Below are positions 20,919 to 31,341 of a stretch of 32,149 bases of DNA, in pieces; position 1 is the stretch's first letter, and the number at the start of each line of letters is the position of its first letter. The notes under the pieces are model-generated. The model did no database searches. It saw only the letters and a list, made by a program, of their open reading frames with translations, and had not been told where the DNA came from. Source of the stretch: Octopus sinensis (Eukaryota); the NCBI RefSeq assembly GCF_006345805.1, contig NW_021829618.1, positions 1 through 32,149 of the forward strand, given 5' to 3'. A program made the translations under genes and the position numbers.

Positions 20919-21569
20919 GATATGCAATAACTGTGATTACGATTATGATTTGCAGAGAATGATAGTGTAGAGGGGAAAAGGGAAAAAAATAGAAGTAAGA
21001 GGAAAAGTGTTAACAAGGGAATTAGAAATGGAAGCATGTGCACGGTGGCGAGTGGGGGGCGGGTAAAAAATTGAAACTAGGAATAGACGAAAATGTAGGA
21101 GGAAAATTAGAGCAGTCACCATGACAGTAACCAATTTAATTTTAGCTTTCAATAATTTTATTCCAATCTCGGTGCAATTCCACCTATCATCATTGTGAAA
21201 AAATACCCCACCAAAAAATAAAAATAAATAAATTAAATAAATAAAATAAAATGATGTTTCGACAGGAATTTACTAATGGTTCCTCAAATTGATATTTTTT
21301 TTTTATTTGTTTATTATTTGTATATTTATTTTATTTGTATTTATCATTTTTTGTTGTTGTTGTTGTTGTTGTTATTTTCCTAGTTATTTATTCATTTATT
21401 GTAAATTTTTAAGAACGAGCCAAAATAATTCAAAGTTTACTAACAGAACAAAACGAAATATGGATGTTGAAAATAAAATTAAAAAAAAAACAAAAAAAAA
21501 ACGATTAAAAAAAATATAGTAATAACAAAATGTAATAAAATTTGATTCTTGGGTAAATGCGAATGGCGT

Positions 21570-21700
21570 CTTGTTGTTCTTCTTCCTCCACCTTCATCAT
21601 CACCACCACCACCACCACTACTACGACCATGATCCTGACCATCGCCATCATCAACATCACACCACCATCATCATTATAATCATCATCATCATCATCACAT
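21570..21700. repeat. (CAC)n/(CAT)n low-complexity tract
   Basis: Direct reading. Confidence 0.8.
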
Positions 21701-22142
21701 AGTCAACAGACAGCTGACACGCTATTAATTCAGGAAATACATTAACTACCTATTATGGACGACGGGAAAATTTTTATTATTTATTTATTTTATTTATTCA
21801 TTTTTTTTTTTTTTCAAATACTGATTCTTGGATTTTGGCAAATGCCAGATTCTCAATTTTCTTCTCTTTTTATAGTTTTGGATAGAGTGACGTACAAGAA
21901 AGTGCAGCGACACAATATTATATCCCCCGCTAATGTAATCCAAAGGAAACGCTTTTAGATCATATTGATGCATCTTAAAGGGAGGCCACCATTACAATAT
22001 TGTGGCCAAAATGGAAGCCTATATGGCTTACATGGTCGTTCTACCTGTTAGAAATGTCAGTCAAATAGCCCCATAAATTCTTTCCTAATTTTGGTAGCAG
22101 ACTAGCAATTTTGAGGGGATGGGGAATCGATATATAATTATA

Positions 22143-22173
<31 letters not shown>

Positions 22174-22304
22174 ATATATATATAATATATATATATATAC
22201 CGGAGTAAACAACATAAATGTGAAACAAGGTGGAAAAAAGAGTACTCAAATACCAGTGGTAGAGTAATATGCTTTATTTTAAGCAGCAGAAAATTCAACA
22301 AAAT

Positions 22305-22342
22305 CTGTTACTCTGAGTTTCTCGTTGCCGTTCATCAGACAG
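22305..22342 (-). ncRNA. Minimal type I hammerhead ribozyme (inverted copy)
   Basis: Exact reverse complement of 22402-22439. Confidence 0.75.
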
Positions 22343-22401
22343 TTTTTGCTAGAATGGAACCGATATATCAATTGATATATCATTTTCCATTCTAGCAAAA
22401 A

Positions 22402-22439
22402 CTGTCTGATGAACGGCAACGAGAAACTCAGAGTAACAG
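22402..22439 (+). ncRNA. Minimal type I hammerhead ribozyme
   Basis: ctgt-CTGATGA-a-cg-GCAA-cg-a-GAAA-ctc-a-gag-TA-acag: both core boxes intact, stem I ctgt/acag, short stem II with GNRA loop, near-palindromic stem III, predicted cleavage after GUA (22435). Confidence 0.75.
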
Positions 22440-22471
22440 ATTTTGTTGAATTTTCTGCTGCTTAAAATAAA

Positions 22472-22508
<37 letters not shown>

Positions 22509-22514
<6 letters not shown>

Positions 22515-23087
22515 TTAGGGAATAAATCCAAACTTACAGGGAAAAATCAGATTTAGGATTGAATCCAATTTTATAGTAAAATATTCTATTATATTAAATT
22601 AGAGACAAAACCGCTATTAGGCAAATCAAACAATGAAAGACTTAAGCCAATACATAAATAATTTATATTATTTAAATATGTAACAATTATTATTAATAAG
22701 TTTCAAAATAAATTCCTTTCTAGAGGGTATTGGAATATCCTTCAATGATGAATTCCAAAATAGCGGTTCTATCTTACCTGTAAATTCCATAATTTACGAA
22801 GTTGAGGTATTACACTCAATATACGTAATTTATCAATATATTAATTAATAATAATAAATATTAGGGAATAAATCCAAACTTACAGGGAAAAATCAGATTT
22901 AGGATTGAATCCAATTTTATAGTAAAATATTATATTATATTGAATTAAAGACAAAACCACTATTAGGCAAATCATACAATGAAAGACTTAAGCCAATACA
23001 TAAATTTAATATAAATTAATTTATGTATTGGCTTAAGTCTTTCGTTGTTTGATTTGCCTAATAGTGGTTTTGTCTCTAATTTAATAT
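22509..23087. repeat. 151-bp direct repeat (22509-22659, 22855-23005) followed by a ~70-bp inverted copy (23018-23087), within (TA)n
   Basis: Direct reading; direct-plus-inverted layout in (TA)n is typical of PLE termini (inference). Confidence 0.8.
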
Positions 23088-23104
23088 ATATATATATATA
23101 TATA

Positions 23105-23502
23105 CTAGCAGTATCGCCCGGCGTTGCTCGGGTTTGTAAGGGAAATAACTATATAAGCATTTTTAGAGAGTTATAGCCAAAAAATTGCAAAAAAATGCAT
23201 TAAAAATGGAAAAAAATGATGGTAATTTTTTTTTAAAATCGTTGACTCATCGTAGACATTTTTAGAGAGTTACTTCCCTTATATAAACCGAGCGAAAATG
23301 CATTAAAAATACGGAAAAATTATGGTAATTTTTTTTAAAATCGTAGACTCATCGTAGACGCGCGCTAATACCCAGAAGGGCTTGATATGAATCACGACTA
23401 TAAGATACCCGCTTTTGGTTACGCTGCACCGCAAAATGTGGGAGTAGTTAGGAATCTAAATCGTAGGAGACAGACACACAACTTGACTTTTATATATAAA
23501 GA
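23105..23502 (-). mobile_element. Non-autonomous Helitron (398 bp), same family as 4322-4827
   Basis: 5' TC, identical 3' end cccgagcaacgccgggcgatactgCTAG, A|T insertion site. Confidence 0.9.
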
Positions 23503-23816
23503 TATCACCGTAATCACCGTGACCGACCAGGCTATCAGATGTTGCTACACATCGCTGGTCACAATGCGCTTCGCATTGTTTTTAGCCTTCAAATGACGCC
23601 ACCTCACTGGCTAAGCGAGCAGGCCAATAGAAGAAAGAATAAGAGAAAGTTGTGGCGAAAGAGTACAGCAGGGATCGCCACCAACCACTGCCGGAGCCTA
23701 GAGGAGCTCTAGGTGTTTTGACTCAATAAATACTCACAGCGCCCGGTCTGAGAATGAAATCGCGATCCTACGACCGCGAGTTCGCTGCCCTAACCACTAG
23801 GCCATTGCACCTCCAC
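23503..23816 (-). mobile_element. SINE family E, tail type 1
   Basis: Head gtggaggtgcaatggcctagtggttagggcagcgaactcgcggtcg; central acacctagagctcc..ggctccggca; tail ..gcgatgtgtagcaacatctgatagcctggtcggtcacggtga. Confidence 0.85.
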
Positions 23817-23853
23817 ACGACACACACCACACACAACAACACACACACGCACA

Positions 23854-23898
<45 letters not shown>

Positions 23899-23924
23899 AT
23901 ATATATATAATAAACGACTCTAGT

Positions 23925-24063
23925 ACTTGACTGGTACTTAATTTAACGACCTCAAAAACGATGACAGGCAAAGCCAACCTCGGCAGCATTTGTACTCAGA
24001 ATGTAAAAGCAGCAGGAGAAATCGCGGGTAAACATTTAACGATTCCACCAAGATCGGCGCCTT
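23925..24063 (-). mobile_element. Degenerate SINE family A copy
   Basis: actggtacttaatttaacgacc...ggcaaagccaacctcggcagcatttgtactcagaa. Confidence 0.65.
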
Positions 24064-24155
24064 AAATCGCACTTTAAATTATCTTTCGGTTAGGCAGCAA
24101 CAGCATCATCAATGTTATAATCATCGTCGTCGTCATTAGCAGCAACAGCAGCAGA

Positions 24156-24546
24156 GTGGAGGCGCAATGGCCCAGTGGTTAGGACAGCGGACTCGCGGTC
24201 GGAGGATCGCGGGTTCGATTCCCAGACCGGGCGTTGTGAGTGTTTATTGAGCGAAAACACCTAAAGCTCCACGAGGCTCCGGCAAGGAGTGGTGGCGACC
24301 CCTGTTGTACTCTTTCGCTCCAACTTTCTCTCTCACTCTTTCTTCCTGCTTCTTGTCCCCCGACTTCCTACGCAACCGCTGAGCCTGGATGCGCATTCAT
24401 CCATCCATCCGTCGATGCTCTCGGTGTTGGGGGTTGACCTGCTTTCTTTTCTGCGGGTCTTACGAATAGCAAAGGACCAACGTTTAGGACTTCTCCCACT
24501 AATGGGACGAAGATCGCTTCGCTCAAGAAACAAACAAACAAACAAA
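24156..24546 (+). mobile_element. SINE family E, tail type 2, (AAAC)n end, 61-bp flanking duplication
   Basis: A box tggcccagtgg, B box ggttcgattccc; flanks 24094-24154 and 24547-24607 match at 57/61. Confidence 0.88.
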
Positions 24547-25143
24547 GCAGCAACAGCATCATCATTGTTAAAATCACCGTCGTCGTCATTAGCAGCAGCA
24601 GCAGCAGCAGCATTTTCATCGTGTATCCTTCGGACAAACCAGTCGTAGTTGCCTGTAACAAAAAATATATATAGACGATGAGACGAGCAAGACTGGACGG
24701 CCTTTGATTATAAGTATGTTCAACGAGGTCTGTCTTGGAACTAAATAATGTTCTGATGAATCAACGAAGGAGCGAGCGTCTCAGTGGGGGGTTCGACCTG
24801 CTAGAAATATCAACCAAATCTCCTGCAAACCTCTGCTATACCGTCTTAAAGCGAGAAAAGATACATTAGATAACGTTAGACTGACTTCATCCCCCACCCC
24901 CCGCAAAATGCAGCAGAATTGTCGCAGTTAGTTTAGGTTTCATCACAGGTCAGGTCGACGAGGTTTTATCTGAGATTAAATAATAGCAACAACTTGGTGT
25001 AGTAGAACACAGGATCCTCTAATCAGTTCCTTATCCAGCTGGATAAAAAACAGCTAATTTTCCCTCGGGTCACGTCCTACTGTCTCGAAAAAATGAATAG
25101 GACCCATTAGGTAATCTAATTCTTGATATATATACACGTATGC

Positions 25144-25292
25144 AGCTTATTCAGAATATTTTGCTGATCCATCTATTATAACATATTACTATTGCTGTTC
25201 ACTTTGATAAAGTATAAGATGCTTTAGTAGGGTACCTATTTCTTTACTACCCACAAGGGGGTAAACACAAAGAGGACAAACAAGGACAGACA
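25144..25292 (-). repeat. Inverted duplicate of 26158-26306 (SINE 3' end plus unique flank)
   Basis: 149 bp, one mismatch seen. Confidence 0.9.
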
Positions 25293-25613
25293 TGGAAACA
25301 TTTAATCATAATGACAAAAGAGATCTTTACTGTGCGGTTAATTCAATGAATTTGTTTACTATAACATAACGTTTAGAAAAAACAATAGTAATACCGAGTT
25401 AACTAATCAAAAATGGATATTATATACAATTTTTTTTTCTTCAATCAACAAAATTTTGTTACGCAGATTTTGGCCGCTCTGTTCGGTAGCCAAATTTTCA
25501 GCCTCGTTATATCAACATAACAGGCTTTTGACAATAGCAAACACACGTACATAAAAATGGCTTCCTTGGATACGCTACTCACGCCGCACATCCAACGGTA
25601 CCCTACTAAAGCA

Positions 25614-26213
25614 AGGCGGCGAGCTGGCAGAATCGTTAGCACGCCGAGCGAAATGCTTAGCGGTATTTCGTCTACCGCTACGTTCTGAGTTCAAATTCCG
25701 CCGAGGTCGACTTTGCCTTTCATCCTTTCGGGGTCGATTAAAGAAGTACCAGTTACGCACTGGGATCGATATAATCGACTTAGTCCGTTTGTCTGTCCTT
25801 GTTTTGTCCTCTTGTGTTTAGCCCTTGTGGATATAGTAAAGAAATAGGTATTTCGTCTGCCGCTTACGTTCTGAGTTCAAATCCGCCGAGGTCGACTTTG
25901 CCTTTCATCCTTTCGGGGTCGATTAAAGAAGTACCAGTTACGCACTGGGATCGATATAATCGACTTAGTCCGTTTGTCTGTCCTTGTTGTCCTCTCTGTG
26001 TTTAGCCCCTTGTGGATAGTAAAGAAATAGGTATTTCGTCTGCCGCTACGTTCTGAGTTCAAATTCCGCCGAGGTCGACTTTGCCTTTCATCCTTTCGGG
26101 GTCGATAAATTAAGTACCAGTTACGCACTGGGATCGATATAATCGACTTAATCCGTTTGTCTGTCCTTGTTTGTCCTCTTTGTGTTTACCCCCTTGTGGG
26201 TAGTAAAGAAATA
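25614..26213 (+). mobile_element. SINE family A trimer with 17-bp TSD
   Basis: One head and three bodies; junctions gaaataggtatttcgtc at ~25845 and ~26030; TSD ggtaccctactaaagca at 25597-25613 and 26214-26230. Confidence 0.92.
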
Positions 26214-26614
26214 GGTACCCTACTAAAGCATCTGATACTTTATCAAAGTGAACAGCAATAGTAATATGTTATAATAGATGGATCAGCAAAATATTCTGAA
26301 TAAGCTTAGTTCAGTAAGACCGACACATTTAACAGAGCCGCAGAGGCACTTCTGCAAGTTATTGCGCGACAATAACCTCTATTTTACACCGTTGAGTGAC
26401 AGAGTTGGGGGGGGGGATATACTAAAAATTTGCCAGTCCAACCCTTGATGCTGTTTGACAATCTTTTCATTTGTCAGACTCTCCTTTCCATCCTTCACAA
26501 TCCTTTGCCTGAGCAAGATCACTTAATTTTGTTATATGGCCTTTGTTATTTCTTTCCATTACTGTTGTAGGTAGCTAGGCTTGTAGGTAGGTAAATTATC
26601 AGGTAGGCAGGTAT

Positions 26615-26880
26615 GTTAGTAGTTAGTTAGTAATTTTGCTCAAAAGCAAATAGCAAGGCCATGTAGGGGACATGGAGTAAGTACAGGGTGGTGTTCATGT
26701 AAAGAGTTCAGGCCACTTGAGGTCCCAGGGAGGCTTTGAACAAAGCGGTCGTCGGCATCTTCACCATCTCGTCTGGAGCTTGTTCACGGATCCGCAACCC
26801 GGACGGAGAAAGCTCCTCTCCTTCGATTGAGATGAAATCGTCGCAGGTAGAGCATTTCGGAATGACCCCGCAGCCGGGAG
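26615..26880 (-). mobile_element. CR1-clade LINE 3' fragment
   Basis: RLRGHSEMLYLRRFHLNRRRGAFSVRVADP, frameshift, ..PDEMVKMPTTALFKASL = CR1 ORF2 C-terminus (RGH..FS.RV..WN.LP..FK..L); short 3' UTR and (CTAA)n tail. Confidence 0.85.
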
Positions 26881-26981
26881 AAGAGGGATCAGTAATGAAA
26901 TGAGAAAGATATAGATAAGACAAGTTATGATGGATATATGGGTGTATATATAAGAGAAATTACAAAATCGTAAATCAAGTG

Positions 26982-26984
<3 letters not shown>

Positions 26985-27067
<83 letters not shown>

Positions 27068-27440
27068 ATATTTTACACAAAGAGTGGTGACTCTAACTTC
27101 GAAGTTTTCGCCTTCTATCAAACTGTCCGATGAAGACTAGCAGGCCGAAGCTTCGAACCCACTGATCAACCTTGTAAAAACATATTAAGCATATATTCTA
27201 CAAAAGTGTGTATGAATGCATTATGTCTATGTATGTATGCATGTATGTATGCAGGTAGATAGGTAGGTATGAAAGCATATATGCTCAATGCACGTGTGTA
27301 TGTTTGCATATATGTATGCATGTATGTATGTATGAATGTGTGTGTGTGTGTCTATGTCTGCATGCCTGCATACGTGTATGTTTATATGTATGTATGTATG
27401 GATGGATGCATATGTGTGTGTGTGTGTGTGTGTGTGTGTT
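26985..27440. repeat. (TG)n and (TATG)n microsatellites with a short unique insert at ~27070-27200
   Basis: Direct reading. Confidence 0.85.
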
Positions 27441-27715
27441 TGTGAAGGTTCTAACGTAACTTTTACATCTAAAGCAAGTTTTCACTTTGGGAGTTTGTTA
27501 ATTTGGCTCATGATAAATGGCGCAGGTGAATTCTGGTTTCGGTTTTGACACTTCTGTATGTTTTAAGCTAAGATTTAACACTTGCTTGTTGTTAGATATA
27601 CATTCTAATGATACTTTTTTTTTTTTTTTTCTTTTAACTTATTGCCGTCATTCATTTTGGCTCGCTCCACCAAAGTTGTTTCGATGTCTGCTTTGTTTTA
27701 CTGTTCATTCGTAGT

Positions 27716-27718
27716 GAC

Positions 27719-27760
<42 letters not shown>
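27716..27760. repeat. (GAT)n microsatellite
   Basis: Direct reading. Confidence 0.9.
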
Positions 27761-28861
27761 CCCAATGTTGATGCAGCTGCTGCTGTTGCTATTACTGCTG
27801 GTGTGAATTTTAATAATAATTCCAGAATTTAACTGGTACTGTATTTTATCAATCCCAGAGGAGTGAAGTTGACGCATGGGAAAGCTAGACACTCACAGCT
27901 GACACACAGACTGAAGAAACCAGACGTTTGAACGCAAGAGCATAAGAAGGCTGCTACCCATTTGGAAGACAGGGCACAAAATGTTTAGAAATTTTGGCGA
28001 CCACCAAGTTACCGAAAATGTTAGCAGACAAGAGCCACTCCTTGCTACAAGGAAATGCTAAAGAGCTTCCTCTGGTACGGATATTTATCAAGCCACAACT
28101 CCCTGTCTAAAACCATTTTTTCAGGTCACAGCTGAAAGAGTGGAAGAAAAGGCAGAGAAAGAAAGTCTCGATTAGGCATGTAGTATTAAAAAGTTGTAAT
28201 GTTGAGTCCTTCTAGGCATGGCAAAAAATAGGAACTTATGTCGATTTCTGAATGCTGAAGTGTATGGAGTGGCGCTTGAAGGATTATTCGAGACATTCAC
28301 GGCAAGTTCATTGTAATTTATATATATATAATACAAATAAGAAAATGGAGAAACAAATTTAGTTTGTTCATCAACTTTCAGATATTATAATGTTGGATTA
28401 TTTATTCATTTAACAAAATGAGAACATCAATAGCATACATATATATCTTATAATTCAATACATATAAGATAAGAATATAAATTATAAAAGTCATAATATA
28501 AATTACTGAAATCATTAAAATTACTTCTTACAGCTGTTTCAGCCTATGGTTAAAAGTAGATAATTTTATTTTTATTGCCTATAGGTGTCAACATACTGAG
28601 ATTGTAGGCATTTAAAAAGAGGGTACTTATATATATAACCATAGGCCTCATATTAAATACTACGTGCATCATGTTTAATAATTTAATATTAATATTTTTA
28701 AAGTTCCTTATAACCGCTGACAAGGGATTGATGTAATCGACTTACCCACTTCCTCGGAATTGCTGGTCTTGTACCAAAATTTGAAACCAATAATCTGACC
28801 ATGCAACAGGCTATACTAGACCACTTGTTATCAGCAGTTCCTGTGAGTAGTCCGACATAAT

Positions 28862-28971
28862 ATACATACATACATACATACATACATACATACATACATA
28901 CATACATACATACATACATACATACATACATACATACATACGTACATACATACATACATACATACATACAT
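28862..28971. repeat. (CATA)n microsatellite (another at ~29293-29346)
   Basis: Direct reading. Confidence 0.9.
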
Positions 28972-29187
28972 GCTAAGGAATCTACAGCCACGCTATCTAG
29001 ATTACAAGTTCAGGTTTATAGCTTTAATTATTGGGTACTGGGATATGTGACCTACGGCCTAAATGCAAAATCATGAAAGTTTAGTCTTCTCAAAACCAGA
29101 AAAGGAGAAAGCTTATTGGAAGACTACAGATTCAAGCCATCACTGGAACTGCAAATATCTGTAAAACTTTTCAGAAGTTTATCATTT

Positions 29188-29221
<34 letters not shown>

Positions 29222-29922
29222 CATGTCTAAAATGTAACTATAAGCATGAGAATACATTCATAAAACAAAACACACAAATCTGCACGTATACAAACATACA
29301 TACATACATACATACATACATACATACATACATACATACATACATAATACAACATTCGGAGCGAAGATATATCGAATTCCTTATACGAAGCATGGCATGC
29401 TTGCAAATCATACGAGCATGACACTGAAAAATAGATATAACCTACAACAATAGCAACGTGGAAGACACATATTATCCTTTTAAAAGCACAGAAACACTGT
29501 TAACTGAGAACCCTTGTAGTGGAATTTTGTCAGTGACCAGGTCGCAGTTGGTGTGACGAAATTTTTTTACACCCAATAATAAATGTTTAAGAGAAATTAA
29601 ATCTGCGTGATTATTTGAAAGGCTAATACTTATCATCTGCACCCGTGGCTCAAAGACATTTTTTCTGTAGAGCCCCATTTTTAAATAATTGTTATGCCTA
29701 GTGCCTACCTAAGTGGAGAATGAGGTATCACGACTAAACTAACTTAACATGGGTGATAATTTATTAATCTTACTCTAAAAATGGATTGTATAACCAAAAA
29801 CTAATGAAGGCAAAAGTTGTAAATGTTACTTTACACATTGCTAGCAAATGACTTTGTGCCAGATGAGAGCCAATTTTATTTTGATAACCATTACTAGTTT
29901 TATCCTGTATTTACTACTATAG

Positions 29923-30242
29923 GTTTCTTGTTGTTTGTTCCTTCTCGAGACGCGCCTGGCTCATAAGGGCCGGTTTCCCCGGTTTTCTTGGCGTATAGGA
30001 TTCCCCACCTGGACGGGACGCCGGTCCGTCGCAGGTGAGCTGCAAGATATAGGAGGAAAGAGTGAAAGAACGAGATCAAAGTTGTGGCGAAAGAGTCAGC
30101 AGAAGTTCGCCATACCTTTGCCGGAAACGCTGGAGCCTTAGGTGTTCGCTCATAAACACACACATCGCCCGATCTGAGATTCGAACCCGCGATCCCTCAA
30201 CCGCGAGTCCGCTGCTCTAACCACTAGGCCATGTGCCTCTAC
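29923..30242 (-). mobile_element. SINE family E, tail type 3
   Basis: Head gtagaggcacatggcctagtggttagagcagcggactcgcggttgagggatcgcgggttcgaatctc; tail cctgcgacggaccggcgtcccgtccagg...gaaaaccggggaaaccggcccttatgag. Confidence 0.85.
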
Positions 30243-30744
30243 AGTACTAAAGGAAATTACTACTATATGTAATAATTAGTATGTTAATTATGTTACCTCA
30301 TCGACCTCTAAGATCTAACTCCACCTTCGACATGCCTAGCGCCTACTTGGGAGGCGGTACCGCCCACGTTCAGAATCCCTCTTCTACACGGTAATTGTTT
30401 TAGTTTCACACACAATCTCAGATCAAATCACCCGCCAGGCAAGTACACCGCCAAAACTAACTTACTATTACACCAAAATGATGTTTATTCCTAACTTGCC
30501 AATAATTTTATTGTCTACCGAAACATTTCCTATTTGGAAAATTACCAACATAACATCATGTGTTTTAAAGTACATTTATTTATTTTCACTTTTCGTGTGT
30601 GGGAAGCGGAGTCCATTAAGAGGTAGATATTTCTATGATTTTTTGCCTAAAGTATAAAATTAAACGATTTTTTAAAAATGTTGTTATATTGCGGTTCCAT
30701 TTCTCATTCCCAGTTGACATGGAGATAAATAGATCTCGTATCCG

Positions 30745-31010
30745 CCGAAATGGGCACCTTTAATGTTTTAGCCCGCACACGTTGTTTTAGGGTTTCGACG
30801 ACAGTTTTGAATCCCTTCTTTTCTATTTGGTACTTCGCGTCAAGATATGCTCTTGCACTTCCTTTTCCATTTTTCCATTGCATTTTCGACCACTCTTCTT
30901 CTATGCGGCTCAGATCTTTACGCAAAGTTAGAATATCGCCTTCAATCCACCCGCTTCCACCATGGCTCCTTCTGTACGTCTACTTTCCTCTCTTTCTTTC
31001 CAACCAGTTC
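30745..31010 (-). mobile_element. R4/Dong-clade LINE fragment (N-terminal to RT)
   Basis: KEPWWKR..IEGDILTLRKDLSRIEE...LDAKYQIEKKGFKTVVETLKQRVRAK. Confidence 0.8.
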
Positions 31011-31081
31011 ACCTACTGAAATTGAAGCGGATTTGTTTCTGTTAGATCTTTTGTCAGAATGTGTTTCAGAATCTCATCAAC

Positions 31082-31198
<117 letters not shown>

Positions 31199-31341
31199 GA
31201 TGCACTCCCGTACGCTAATCAGCCCACGTCCACCCTTGCCTCTCTTCATGTAGAGCCGGTGTATATTTGCCTTAGAGTAGAGGGCACCAGACATTGTCAT
31301 TGTCTTTCGTGTAGTGCGATCGAGTTGTCAACCTCCGCTTG
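31199..31341 (-). mobile_element. Inverted copy of the R4/Dong segment 31811-31954
   Basis: GALYSKANIHRLYMKRGKGGRGLISVRECI on - strand; about 8 substitutions and 1 indel versus the + copy. Confidence 0.88.

Larger units (their letters stand above)
22200..22472. mobile_element. Penelope-like terminal-repeat (pLTR) fold-back inserted in (TA)n
   Basis: Perfect 88-bp inverted arms 22272-22359 / 22385-22472, each with a hammerhead motif followed by AATAAA; (TA)n on both sides. Confidence 0.75.

Noticed and set aside
24156-24232. Second tRNA gene
   Set aside because: No acceptor-stem pairing; continues into a SINE body shared with two other copies
24754-24776. CTGATGA..GAA hammerhead-like motif
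   Set aside because: No GAAA box and no stems I or III
26708-26923. GC-richer ORF with CxxC that looks like a host exon
   Set aside because: An alternative frame gives the CR1 ORF2 C-terminus followed by a 3' UTR and tandem tail
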